Below, one piece after another: positions 35,135 to 44,582 of a stretch of 64,000 bases of DNA. Both the position numbers and the translations under genes were made by a program. The stretch is taken from positions 10,363 through 74,362 of the forward strand of contig JBGSQF010000012.1 in assembly GCA_041738235.1 (NCBI GenBank). The letters run 5' to 3'. The notes under the pieces were generated by a model that had not been told where the DNA came from, ran no database searches, and worked only from the letters and a program-made list of their open reading frames with translations. The DNA is from Minisyncoccia bacterium (GTDB taxonomy: Bacteria > Patescibacteriota > Minisyncoccia > Moranbacterales > GCA-2747515). Position 1 is the stretch's first letter. Every line of letters starts with the position of its first letter.

Positions 35135-36694
35135 TTATCCATTATGTTCACTTTTCACCAAACGCTCTCTCAACCCTTCGAGAAATTCGTGTTTTCTCCG
35201 TTCGTATTCCCGAAAGGACTTTCCGTTACACTCGAGTTTCAACTGTTCATACTCCTGTTTCAACTTTTCATCATTTTGAATAGCCCACACTACCGATGAC
35301 TGATCTTTGAACTTTTCCGTGGTCGGATCGATCAGAAGTATATCTATTTCCCAACCATCTCGCTTTGTTTGCCATTCTATATAATCCCGCTTCTTCCGAA
35401 CCGGCTTGCCAAAAAGAGAAGAGATATCCTCAATATGAGATGAAAAGTCAGTCGCCCTACACTCAATAAAAATATCGATATCCCGGCGACCAGCAATACC
35501 CATACTCACCGACCCAAGCAAATGAATGGGAAATTGTTCCGACATCACAGAACGAATATCCTTTATGACCAGATCTGTCATTTCCAACCCCTTAGGATCA
35601 AATGGTTCGATCTTTATTTTCTTGGTGGACGAATACATCAAGATATAGATCTCTTGTTTAAATCTTTTCCATAACGAACGAACTTTTTCACAGAATACAG
35701 AGGTGTTTCCCCCATCAAGCTGACTTGAGAGAAAGTCTATGACCATCATAGGATCCCGCCCAGATCTCAAACTCAGATTATAGAGAGCTAAATGCGCTGA
35801 CAGTGCTAAAAACTCTTTTCGTGAACATTCTTTGGCCAGAAGCTCTTTCATATATACCGACTCGAGAAATTTCTTGCCAAAATTGGGGTCTTCCCAAGTC
35901 TTCAACGCTATACTCACAGCATCAAATAACGGATGTGTAAGCACCGCAAGCTGGAAATCAATGATCCAAACATCATCACCTCGCGCAAGGATGTTCCAGC
36001 CCCCAAGGTCACGATGGGAAAAACTCACACCTGCCTTAAATAAACAAGGGATTCGCCTCATATACGCTATCGCCGAACGAAAGATGAAAACGATGCATGA
36101 TGGATGCCTAAGAAGGGCACGCGCAAAAATTATTGGAAATAAGATCACAGTGTGCCATGCTGTTCGATGAGAAATTGATACTAATCGTTTTCCCTTTATA
36201 TATTTCCCCAGGAATGCAAGGTATCCTAACACTTGCGCGTATGTCTCAAGTCTTTTTTCTTCGGGAAATTCAATAAGTGGTTTACTTTCTTCCAGACATT
36301 CAATAAGAAGGATCAGACTCTTCTTATCCTCAACTTCATCAATAAATCTTGGAATGTGTATATGCGGAAATTTCTCCGTGACCTCAGGATGCGCCCTAAG
36401 AGTCTCTTGCAGTACCCGGTAGACCGAGATCTCATTAGCCAGGGAATACCAAGGAAGGGAGTGTTTTTTCCCGATCCATTGCTTGGCTATTGCTTTCTCT
36501 CCCGATCCATTTTTGTAGATACCGTATCGGTATGTTTTACTGCTTCTCTGTGGGAAGAATTCCTTCACAAAAACATACTCACCGATCCTATTCGGAAAAA
36601 TGGTCAAAGAAGTTGCTGAACTTCTTCTGTGCTTCGTGTCCAAGAACACATCTATGATCGTTTTTAATCCTATGCAGATCGGATCTTTTTTCAT
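35135..36694 (-). CDS. fusion of an APH/choline-kinase-like phosphotransferase domain and a GrpB-family nucleotidyltransferase-fold domain
   Basis: Kinase motifs HRDLGGWNIL and VWIIDFQ. C-terminal HLLGSVSMGIAGRRDIDIFIE...IDILLIDP matches GrpB (UPF0157). Confidence 0.6.
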   Translation of the reverse strand: MKKDPICIGLKTIIDVFLDTKHRRSSATSLTIFPNRIGEYVFVKEFFPQRSSKTYRYGIYKNGSGEKAIAKQWIGKKHSLPWYSLANEISVYRVLQETLRAHPEVTEKFPHIHIPRFIDEVEDKKSLILLIECLEESKPLIEFPEEKRLETYAQVLGYLAFLGKYIKGKRLVSISHRTAWHTVILFPIIFARALLRHPSCIVFIFRSAIAYMRRIPCLFKAGVSFSHRDLGGWNILARGDDVWIIDFQLAVLTHPLFDAVSIALKTWEDPNFGKKFLESVYMKELLAKECSRKEFLALSAHLALYNLSLRSGRDPMMVIDFLSSQLDGGNTSVFCEKVRSLWKRFKQEIYILMYSSTKKIKIEPFDPKGLEMTDLVIKDIRSVMSEQFPIHLLGSVSMGIAGRRDIDIFIECRATDFSSHIEDISSLFGKPVRKKRDYIEWQTKRDGWEIDILLIDPTTEKFKDQSSVVWAIQNDEKLKQEYEQLKLECNGKSFREYERRKHEFLEGLRERLVKSEHNG

Positions 36695-36710
36695 TCGTTT
36701 ATAGTATCTT

Positions 36711-39700
36711 TTATTTATGTCCCCTCACGATACATCCAAGAAAATTCTTACTCGTTTCCGCCCAGGTAAAGTTACTCGCCCACACTCGAGCCTTTTCAGA
36801 CATTCCCTCACGCAATTCCTTATCACGAATGATAAGTAGTATCTTCTCAGCAAATCCCCGAATGTCACCATAAGGCACCAAATATCCAGTGTTTTTGTCT
36901 CGCACCGAATCACGAAGCCCAGGAACATCGGAAGCGATCACAGGAGTACCACAAGCATTCGCCTCAATAGCAACAATTCCCCAACCTTCCATAAATGAAG
37001 GATTCACAAGCACCCAAGAACTCTGCAAAAGCCGAACCTTTTCTTCATTATCAACTTGTCCAGTAAATTGGATCCGGTCTATAGGGATCTGCAGTTCACC
37101 GGCTAGTTTTTTTAAACGACGCTCCTCTTCTCCGCTTCCCGCAATGATGAGTTGCGCGTCCGGTCGCTCCCGAAGTACGATGCGAAAAGCATTGATCAAA
37201 ACATCCACTGACTTGTAGCTTTTGAGACGTCCCAAATAGAGGACAACCGGGGAAGAGGTTTTTTCAACGAGTATCTCTGAAAGGGTCGCTGGATCAACGC
37301 CTGGATGTACAACGGTGATCCCTCTCTTTCCCAATCCAAGCTCTTTCATCTCACGCTTGCTCGATTCTGAAACTGTGATGAACTTTATCTTCTTATAAAA
37401 GAAAGGCATAATATCTTTTTCGAGAGTACTTGCCAACCAAGCAAGTGGTTGGATCAATGATCGATGAAAAACATTTTGATGCACATGATGCAAAAGACAA
37501 AATATTGGCTCGCGTACATATATTGGTGTAAAGAATGGGATACCATTTTCACAATCGATCACAACATCATACTTTCCACGAAATCGAAAAATATAGTAAA
37601 AGAATGCCCACACATAGACAAGATAAAATCCTCCTCGACGGATCACTTGCACATCATCCACCATCTCGTGACGTTTCTCCCGTCCATCATTTCCACAAAA
37701 AAGCGTGACATAATTTCCCTCCTTGACCCACTCTTTGGCTATTTCGTGGACATAGACCTCGGCTCCGCCGGCAAATTTATGCTCCGTATCGCGCCAGTTA
37801 AAGATCAAAATATGCTTCTTTCCTACGGCCAACTTGGGTAGATCATCAGAAAATCCATTGGAAAAGACCCCCAAAAGATCACGCCCGGCACGATGGAGAA
37901 ATCTCAGATCATCGTAGAGGAAATGGAGTACGGTCAGAAGCATCCACCCAACAATGCTCACAATAAATATTACATGCACGATATCTTCCAATGATCCATG
38001 TGAGATCATTATTCCTCCAACCAAACCCAACGAGAGAATAAAGCTCAAGAGAGAAAATGCATAGTGACGTTTCGCCAGATGATAAGAAACGGTAACTCCC
38101 GAAAGGGTAAATATGCCCAATGCCACCGTATACGGGAGAAGCATATGAACGATGGCTCGCGCTTTCTCTCCAAAAAGGAACGGAGCGGTATACGATCCAA
38201 ATACCCCCAAAAGAAGGACCCCGCACACAACGACCGCGAATACCACACTATACACCAAGTACAGGATCTTATTGGTCTTCAACTTCAGTCCTTCATTCCG
38301 ACTCACAAACGTTATGGTGAATGAGTTGGGGAGCGATCCGAGAAAATAGATCATTTTCCCAATGATCGCTATAAGTGCATACTGCCCTGCTTGCACCGGA
38401 TCAAGGTAATGATTGGCCAAAAAGATATCTACACTCAAAAATATTACTACTGAAAGATTCACTATGACGGTCGAGGAAAAAAAGGAATTGGGGAATGGCT
38501 CTACCGAATCCGTTTCTTGATATTCTTTTTTCTTTGCCGTCCAGAGTACTACAAGATATGACAATACTCCTGTGACAGCAATGGCAAGTGGGATCGAAAG
38601 ATAAACCCAACCAGAAAGTCCCAATAGAACCAGTAGCCCAGCGATACCAAACTTAATGATCGCCTCACCCACAAAAAGCAATGCAACCGAAGAGAAGTGG
38701 TAGACCCCTTGCAATAGTCCCCGACTTCCAGCCGCAAGCATTCCCAACGTAAAGATCGGAGTAAAAAGGATGAGCGGGAGAATATCACTCAAGTTAAAGA
38801 ATTTTGCAATAAACGGTGCTCCTACGACCCAGAAAAACGACACCACGAGAGAGATCTCGATCGCCAACCCCATCGTTTTTTTGAAAAAAGCGTTCACCGC
38901 ACCATAGCCCTTGGAAGGATAAAGATACGCAGCCCTATGGTTCATGGTCAAAGAAAAGGCGCTCACCACAACAGAAGCAAGAAACCACAGCGTATTGATC
39001 AATGTTACCAACGCAAGATCTTCAAACCTCAACACCCTCCCCAAAAATGCATTGAACAAAAAGTTAATGAAGTTGGAAAACACCAATGCCCCCATAAAGA
39101 ATCCCTTGCTCGAGAAAATAAAATTATATAAGGATTCTGGCATAATGCGTCGAAGCCAAGCGATCAACGCGATTGGACGCACCCTGGATCGAGATCCCTT
39201 TTTGGTCGGTCTACTAACAAGTTTCTTTTGAGTTTCTTGAACTTGACTCACCTGAGGGGTGGTTTCTGCAACAACTTTCTGACCCATCTCAGAAACAGCC
39301 TCTTGGGTAGGTTGCTGAACTTCTTTGACTTGGGCAGGAAGAGTCTTCAGAAATAAAGGTTTTCTTATATCAAAAAATCGACGTCCTGGTTTTCGATTCA
39401 AATGGAGTCCATGCGTGGTCTTCTGCCAATAATGTGGCTTAACAAGAAGTTCATAAAGGGCGATCGATGCTGCAATACTTCCAAGTATCCAGTACAAAGG
39501 CACCAAAAAAACATATTTGATAAGGTCCCAGTGCCCTCGTTTGGCACACCCGATCATGTAATAGTAGATATAAAGGAAATTCCCGAATACCATCGATACT
39601 GCCGCCATATAGAAAACCCAGGTGGGAAACAGTTCCTGGATCGTTGGACCCACATAAGCGTACAGCGTGAAGTACGCGATAGTCGTGATCCAAAGGATCG

Positions 39701-41576
39701 GGTTGATGAAAAGAAAGGCGATCTTTCCTCCAACCACCAACTGAAAGATAAGAGCGTGCAGTCCATTCTCACGAAAGAAAGCGATAGGATCTCGCATATG
39801 AACAAGATAGGTCTGCATATACCCCTTGATCCAACGAGAGCGCTGTCGCAGCCAGTTCTTGATATGACTATTTGCCTCTTCTAGTGTCACAGAATCGATG
39901 ACCGCCGTTCTTCCTCCCCGCTTAAAAAGACGCATACCGAGATCACAGTCCTCCGTTACATTGAATGGGTCCCATCCTTCGAAGGCGAGCAGATCGCTTC
40001 GACGGAAGTGGTTACTTGTGCCCCCAAGTGGGATAGAAGTATTGGCAGTCTGAAGTCCTACCAAGACGATATCAAACCACAACGAATACTCCGCTGTAAA
40101 AAATCGGGTCAATAGATTGTCATTTGGATTGAAGTAGTTGAGCTTGGCCTGTAAACACTGAACCTCGGGACCTAATTTTTGAAATCCCAGAAAAGCCTTA
40201 CGGAGCTGCCACGGATCCGGTATGTCCTCAGCGTCGTAGATCACTACATACTCCCCACGAGCAAGAGAGAGTCCATAGTTGCATGCCTTCGGTTTCGTTT
40301 TCGGCATTGAGTGAGGAACGACCACTATGCGAAAATGGTCAGGAAGTTTCATTGATCTTGCGGCTACGATCGTTTCAGGATCATTCTCCTCAAGAAGCAA
40401 AAGTACATCGAGTTTATCTTTCGGCCATTCTATCTTATCAATAGCTGCAACAAATCCCGGCAAGATATGTGCTTCTCTGTATAACGGACAGAGTATGGAA
40501 TATATGGGCAGATCCTTGTCTGACACGGATCTCAGTTCCTCTTCCGTGCTTTCGATCTCGGGAGGAGTTTTTAAGCTCTTAAGCACCAACCCCAGATTAA
40601 ACACAACATCAATAAAATACACTATGCTCAGAAACGCTATGACTACAATACCGGTTTGTATGGGATCCAGCATCAGCCCCACCACTAAAGCGATGAAAAA
40701 TAGTATCCCAAAATTTCGTTGCCACGGAGCAAATGTATGGAGTGCCGAATGCTTATGATGTAAGGTAGTATGCGTGATAAAACGAGATTTGTTGTGCGCA
40801 ACCCCTGCCCCGATCATACGCTCTGTGGACTCCGGATGGATGAGCAGTGGCGGACGTCCTTTAAATCGAAGCTTGAGAGCGTTCCACCCGATCTCTGTAA
40901 CTGCCTTAAAGAAATGTATCTTTGACTCGCCCTTGAACCGTTCAGCAAAAGATATGGTCACGCCCCCGATCACGTATCCGTAATTCCTCGCCGAAAGAAG
41001 AAATTCAAGATCGAATGTCCACGGTGTTGGGTCGAGTACAACCTCTCGAATGATCTTTTTTCGGAATGCCTTCATACCTGATTGCACATCACAATCAAGT
41101 CCGTGTAAAAATTTACCAAAGAACAAACTAAATCCCCGACTGAGTATCTTTCGCAAAAGTGTTGTTTCTTTTTCCTTGCGATTGCCTACCACAATATCCG
41201 CTTTTCCCTCAGAGAGCATAGTGACCATTTCCGGCAACGCTTCCGGAGGATATTGGAGATCAGCATCCAACATCGCAATATAGGGATACTGTGCATACGA
41301 AAATCCCTCCAAAAGCGAATATGCTTTTCCAGGTTTCCCTTGCTTGACATAAACCGAAACATTGGCATATTCCAATGCCATTCGATTTATCTCACCTACT
41401 GTCCCGTCTTGAGAATGATCGTCTATGAAGATGGCCTCCCAGACAATATCTGAATCCTCAAGTGAACGCGCGATTCTTCGGATGAGTGGCTCGACACTCT
41501 CCCTTTCATTGAGCGTTGGTATCACGACAGATATCTTTCTTTTCTGTGTGTTTGGATCCACTACCACACTTTTCAT
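36711..41576 (-). CDS. 1621-aa multidomain glycosyltransferase: GT2 (DPM1-like) + processive GT2 synthase (QxxRW) + about 12-TM transporter-like region + C-terminal GT4
   Basis: aa 10-230: ISVVIPTLNERE...FIDDHSQDGT...LDADLQYP. aa 345-600: YDAEDIPD...TEDCDLG...RQRSRW. aa 760-1210: polytopic. aa 1225-1621: EGWGIVAIEANACGTPVIASDVPGLRD. Confidence 0.8.
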   Translation of the reverse strand: MKSVVVDPNTQKRKISVVIPTLNERESVEPLIRRIARSLEDSDIVWEAIFIDDHSQDGTVGEINRMALEYANVSVYVKQGKPGKAYSLLEGFSYAQYPYIAMLDADLQYPPEALPEMVTMLSEGKADIVVGNRKEKETTLLRKILSRGFSLFFGKFLHGLDCDVQSGMKAFRKKIIREVVLDPTPWTFDLEFLLSARNYGYVIGGVTISFAERFKGESKIHFFKAVTEIGWNALKLRFKGRPPLLIHPESTERMIGAGVAHNKSRFITHTTLHHKHSALHTFAPWQRNFGILFFIALVVGLMLDPIQTGIVVIAFLSIVYFIDVVFNLGLVLKSLKTPPEIESTEEELRSVSDKDLPIYSILCPLYREAHILPGFVAAIDKIEWPKDKLDVLLLLEENDPETIVAARSMKLPDHFRIVVVPHSMPKTKPKACNYGLSLARGEYVVIYDAEDIPDPWQLRKAFLGFQKLGPEVQCLQAKLNYFNPNDNLLTRFFTAEYSLWFDIVLVGLQTANTSIPLGGTSNHFRRSDLLAFEGWDPFNVTEDCDLGMRLFKRGGRTAVIDSVTLEEANSHIKNWLRQRSRWIKGYMQTYLVHMRDPIAFFRENGLHALIFQLVVGGKIAFLFINPILWITTIAYFTLYAYVGPTIQELFPTWVFYMAAVSMVFGNFLYIYYYMIGCAKRGHWDLIKYVFLVPLYWILGSIAASIALYELLVKPHYWQKTTHGLHLNRKPGRRFFDIRKPLFLKTLPAQVKEVQQPTQEAVSEMGQKVVAETTPQVSQVQETQKKLVSRPTKKGSRSRVRPIALIAWLRRIMPESLYNFIFSSKGFFMGALVFSNFINFLFNAFLGRVLRFEDLALVTLINTLWFLASVVVSAFSLTMNHRAAYLYPSKGYGAVNAFFKKTMGLAIEISLVVSFFWVVGAPFIAKFFNLSDILPLILFTPIFTLGMLAAGSRGLLQGVYHFSSVALLFVGEAIIKFGIAGLLVLLGLSGWVYLSIPLAIAVTGVLSYLVVLWTAKKKEYQETDSVEPFPNSFFSSTVIVNLSVVIFLSVDIFLANHYLDPVQAGQYALIAIIGKMIYFLGSLPNSFTITFVSRNEGLKLKTNKILYLVYSVVFAVVVCGVLLLGVFGSYTAPFLFGEKARAIVHMLLPYTVALGIFTLSGVTVSYHLAKRHYAFSLLSFILSLGLVGGIMISHGSLEDIVHVIFIVSIVGWMLLTVLHFLYDDLRFLHRAGRDLLGVFSNGFSDDLPKLAVGKKHILIFNWRDTEHKFAGGAEVYVHEIAKEWVKEGNYVTLFCGNDGREKRHEMVDDVQVIRRGGFYLVYVWAFFYYIFRFRGKYDVVIDCENGIPFFTPIYVREPIFCLLHHVHQNVFHRSLIQPLAWLASTLEKDIMPFFYKKIKFITVSESSKREMKELGLGKRGITVVHPGVDPATLSEILVEKTSSPVVLYLGRLKSYKSVDVLINAFRIVLRERPDAQLIIAGSGEEERRLKKLAGELQIPIDRIQFTGQVDNEEKVRLLQSSWVLVNPSFMEGWGIVAIEANACGTPVIASDVPGLRDSVRDKNTGYLVPYGDIRGFAEKILLIIRDKELREGMSEKARVWASNFTWAETSKNFLGCIVRGHK

Positions 41577-41795
41577 AACATCAGACTACCTAACTTTCTA
41601 ACGGACGAAACGGGTCTCATCAATATGAAACTTTACTCTATACCAGATAATACCCATCCGTCAAGTAAAACCGAGCAAAACCATCAATGAGTTTTGACCA
41701 AAAAGACAGAGAGTATTTGACATTCTCAACTTATTGACCCTTAATATGAACGAGCAGTAGATACTCCCATTTTCAAATAAATTAAAAGAAACAAT

Positions 41796-42836
41796 ATGAA
41801 AAGCCCAAAAAAGGTGCTGATCACCGGAGGAGCTGGCTATATTGGTAATGAGCTGGTCAAGGCGCTGCCCAAATCCATCGAAATTGTTATTGTGGATAAT
41901 TTTCACATAGACACCCCCCATAAAAGAGCTGTGAATAAAGAATTAAAAAAAGGTCGAAGACTCACTTTGATCGAGTCAAATGTTTCGGAGATTGGAAAAT
42001 ACAAAAGATTTTTGAAAGATATAGATGTGGTGGTCTATATGGCTTCCCTCAATTCTTATAAAGAATCCAATGCTGATCCTCTTCTCTACTTGCAAGAAAA
42101 CAACATTAACCTTCGCATATTTCTCAATGTTCTAGAACAATATTCTCCAAATATAAAAAAATTCATTCTTACCTCCACGAGGGGCATCTATGGTGAAGGA
42201 TCCTATACATGCAGCGCCTGCAAAAAACGTGTCAGTCCCTCCTTGTCTGAAAAATTACAATGTCCACTCTGCGGAAGTACCGACCTATCACCTCAAAAAA
42301 TAAAAGAGGATGACATGGTAAATCCCACCTCTCACTACGGCATTACCAAAAAACTCCAAGAAGATCTCCTGACTGCTTACTGTTCCGAGAAAAATACACT
42401 ATTGGATATTTTTCGAATATTCAACGTGTATGGTGAAGACCAAGGAAAATACTACTCAAATATAGGGATAATTCCCCAGATCTACGAACAAATAACAACA
42501 AAACACACGATATACCTTAGTGGTAATGGGAATATAACAAGAGATTTTATTTACATAGGTGATATCGTCAATGTTCTCCTCCACTCGGTATCTTCCCTAG
42601 GCAAGCGACCTAACACAAAAGAAGTCTACAATCTTGGATCTGGTCGACCCGTAAGCATAAATGATATAGCCCAGTTCTTCGAAAGTTTGGGATACACCTT
42701 CAAGAAAAACAGATCCAAGAAGTTTGGAGACATACGATACTCTGTCGCAAATAATGCAAAGGTGAGTAAGGAATTCAACATACAAAAATTTACCGATATC
42801 TACACTTTTTTAACGGACCTGTATAAAAGAATATAA
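41796..42836 (+). CDS. NAD-dependent epimerase/dehydratase (SDR family) with an inserted Cys4 zinc ribbon just before the catalytic YxxxK
   Basis: VLITGGAGYIGNELV Rossmann motif. CSACKK...CPLCG at aa 138-159, followed by YGITK. Confidence 0.8.
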   Translation: MKSPKKVLITGGAGYIGNELVKALPKSIEIVIVDNFHIDTPHKRAVNKELKKGRRLTLIESNVSEIGKYKRFLKDIDVVVYMASLNSYKESNADPLLYLQENNINLRIFLNVLEQYSPNIKKFILTSTRGIYGEGSYTCSACKKRVSPSLSEKLQCPLCGSTDLSPQKIKEDDMVNPTSHYGITKKLQEDLLTAYCSEKNTLLDIFRIFNVYGEDQGKYYSNIGIIPQIYEQITTKHTIYLSGNGNITRDFIYIGDIVNVLLHSVSSLGKRPNTKEVYNLGSGRPVSINDIAQFFESLGYTFKKNRSKKFGDIRYSVANNAKVSKEFNIQKFTDIYTFLTDLYKRI

Positions 42837-42846
42837 TTGTAAACTT

Positions 42847-43773
42847 ATGCCATCAAAACAGGATTGTACGATCATCTTACTTTCTTACAACTCGTTGGAA
42901 GTAACAGATATATGCCTCACTAAACTCAAAGAAGCTGTTTCATACTGCACCGAGATACTCAAAAATGACATCCAAGTAATCGTGGTGGATAATGGCTCAA
43001 AAGATGGCTCGGTAGATATGATAAAAGAAAAGCATCCTTTTGTTCACCTTATCGCTCTAGAAGAGAATATTGGCTACGCGGCAGGAAATAATTTGGCTAT
43101 GAAAACCGTCGAGACCACCTATATTCTCCTCATGAACTCCGATACCTATGTTAAAAAAGACTCTATAGTAACAAGCCTTCAAAAGATCGAAAGTGAAAAA
43201 GGTTGCGATGTGCTTGTAAGCAGATGGGTAACTGAAGACGGAGTCTTTCACAATTATGGTGGCTATCTTCCAACCCCACTCAGGATCATTTCTTGGGCAT
43301 TCGGCCTTGAAAGTTTTCCGATCATAAAAAACTTTATCCACAAGATCTACAGCTATAATTCAGGATTCTACAACAAAGAAGGACGTATGGAGTGGTGTCC
43401 ACCTTGTTTTATGACCTTGAGAAAGAAAGTATACACACTCACAGATGGATTTGATGATAAACTTTGGTTTCATATGGTGGATGTTGAGTGGTGCAAACGC
43501 ATGAGCCAAAAGGGGTTCACTATTCTCTTCACTCCAACCGTTGAAGTGGTACACCTCGGCGGAGCGAGTAGCAAAGGACTTGAAGCAAGTCTCATAGGTG
43601 ATAACTTCAAAGGGCTTATGCACTATTGCCGAAAACACTATCCAAAAGATGTTCGCTTGGTAGCATTTGTTGTAAAGTTCGGTCTCAAAGTACGGAGCCT
43701 ACTCTATTCAGTGATGGGAGAAAAGGATTTGGCTAAAACATACGAGCTTGCATCCAGCGATATAAAAATTTAG
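42847..43773 (+). CDS. glycosyltransferase family 2 (rhamnosyltransferase/WbbL-like)
   Basis: CTIILLSYNSLEVT...VIVVDNGSKDGS...NIGYAAGNN...LMNSDTYV. Confidence 0.8.
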   Translation: MPSKQDCTIILLSYNSLEVTDICLTKLKEAVSYCTEILKNDIQVIVVDNGSKDGSVDMIKEKHPFVHLIALEENIGYAAGNNLAMKTVETTYILLMNSDTYVKKDSIVTSLQKIESEKGCDVLVSRWVTEDGVFHNYGGYLPTPLRIISWAFGLESFPIIKNFIHKIYSYNSGFYNKEGRMEWCPPCFMTLRKKVYTLTDGFDDKLWFHMVDVEWCKRMSQKGFTILFTPTVEVVHLGGASSKGLEASLIGDNFKGLMHYCRKHYPKDVRLVAFVVKFGLKVRSLLYSVMGEKDLAKTYELASSDIKI

Positions 43774-43861
43774 TCTCACTCCTTTCTCGTACATAAAAAC
43801 AACGAACGCTCCAGATCGTTGTCTGAGCGTCCTTGCTCGAAATTCTTCCTTTGAGATCACA

Positions 43862-44263
43862 TCAGTAACGATCCACCCACACGGACTCGGATACTCTTTG
43901 CCATCCCGGCAGCCTATCGACCACCCGAATAACGCATTGTGCATCGAGACACGGAGGTGTGTCGCAATTCGAGCAGTACAACCTCGTGATCACGTGCTTT
44001 GCCCTGGTCCAGTAAGGCTTCCATACCAACTCCTCACTGTCCCAAGCGATAAGGAACAGTGGGAGCAGCATGACCATGCTTCCGATCACGCCATTTCCAC
44101 AACGTAAGCATTCAACTTCATGCTCACTGTACCGCAGAAAATCCCCCCTCTGTGATCGAGTGATTGCCTCGATCATCTTCTCGGAATAACCCGTCCAAAG
44201 GTTACCCCCAAAAGGAAAGGAAAAAACGCTTGGTGTCTTTGGATTCATGACCACTGCCCCCAC
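43862..44263 (-). CDS. hypothetical Cys-rich small protein (CLRC...CSNC...C...C), GC-rich
   Basis: ORF with protein-like composition and putative Zn-binding cysteines. Its composition differs sharply from the adjacent AT-rich GT genes. Could be a remnant of foreign DNA next to the tRNA. Confidence 0.35.
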   Translation of the reverse strand: MGAVVMNPKTPSVFSFPFGGNLWTGYSEKMIEAITRSQRGDFLRYSEHEVECLRCGNGVIGSMVMLLPLFLIAWDSEELVWKPYWTRAKHVITRLYCSNCDTPPCLDAQCVIRVVDRLPGWQRVSESVWVDRY

Positions 44264-44545
44264 AGTTTAAGAGACAAGACAATCCTATGCCTAGGTACAT
44301 TTTTTGTAAAGGAGGATTACCAGATGTTCTTAACTAAGAAAAGGACCCGCCCATACAAAAACACTTCAGACGAGTAACGATCTTGTCTTGCCATTCAGTA
44401 ACGACTTCGTTGTCCTGGGCAGCGCCGAACACTCCTAAACCCGCGTCCGTCGATACTCGCTTGACTCGCCTTCGCTCGTTCCTGCCCGCCTGCCCGTCCG
44501 TAACACTTCGCGAAGGAGGGTTCGAATCCTCTACTCCTCTGGACA

Positions 44546-44578
44546 AATAACCTAAAAGCCCCTCTCTTTTAGGTTATT
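44546..44578. other. perfect 13-bp inverted repeat hairpin (AATAACCTAAAAG-cccctct-CTTTTAGGTTATT) abutting the 3' end of tRNA-Gln
   Basis: Read directly from the sequence. No U-tract on either strand, so it is more likely a processing or structural hairpin than an intrinsic terminator. Confidence 0.5.
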
Positions 44579-44582
44579 AATG

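Noticed and set aside
44380-44553. Plus-strand tRNA or tmRNA call for the element ending GGAGGGTTCGAATCCTCTACTCCTC
   Set aside because: The T-arm is recognisable. But no complementary 5' acceptor strand (GAGGAGT), D-arm or anticodon arm could be found, and no tag-peptide-like reading frame ending in Ala-Ala. It is kept only as an unexplained structured element.
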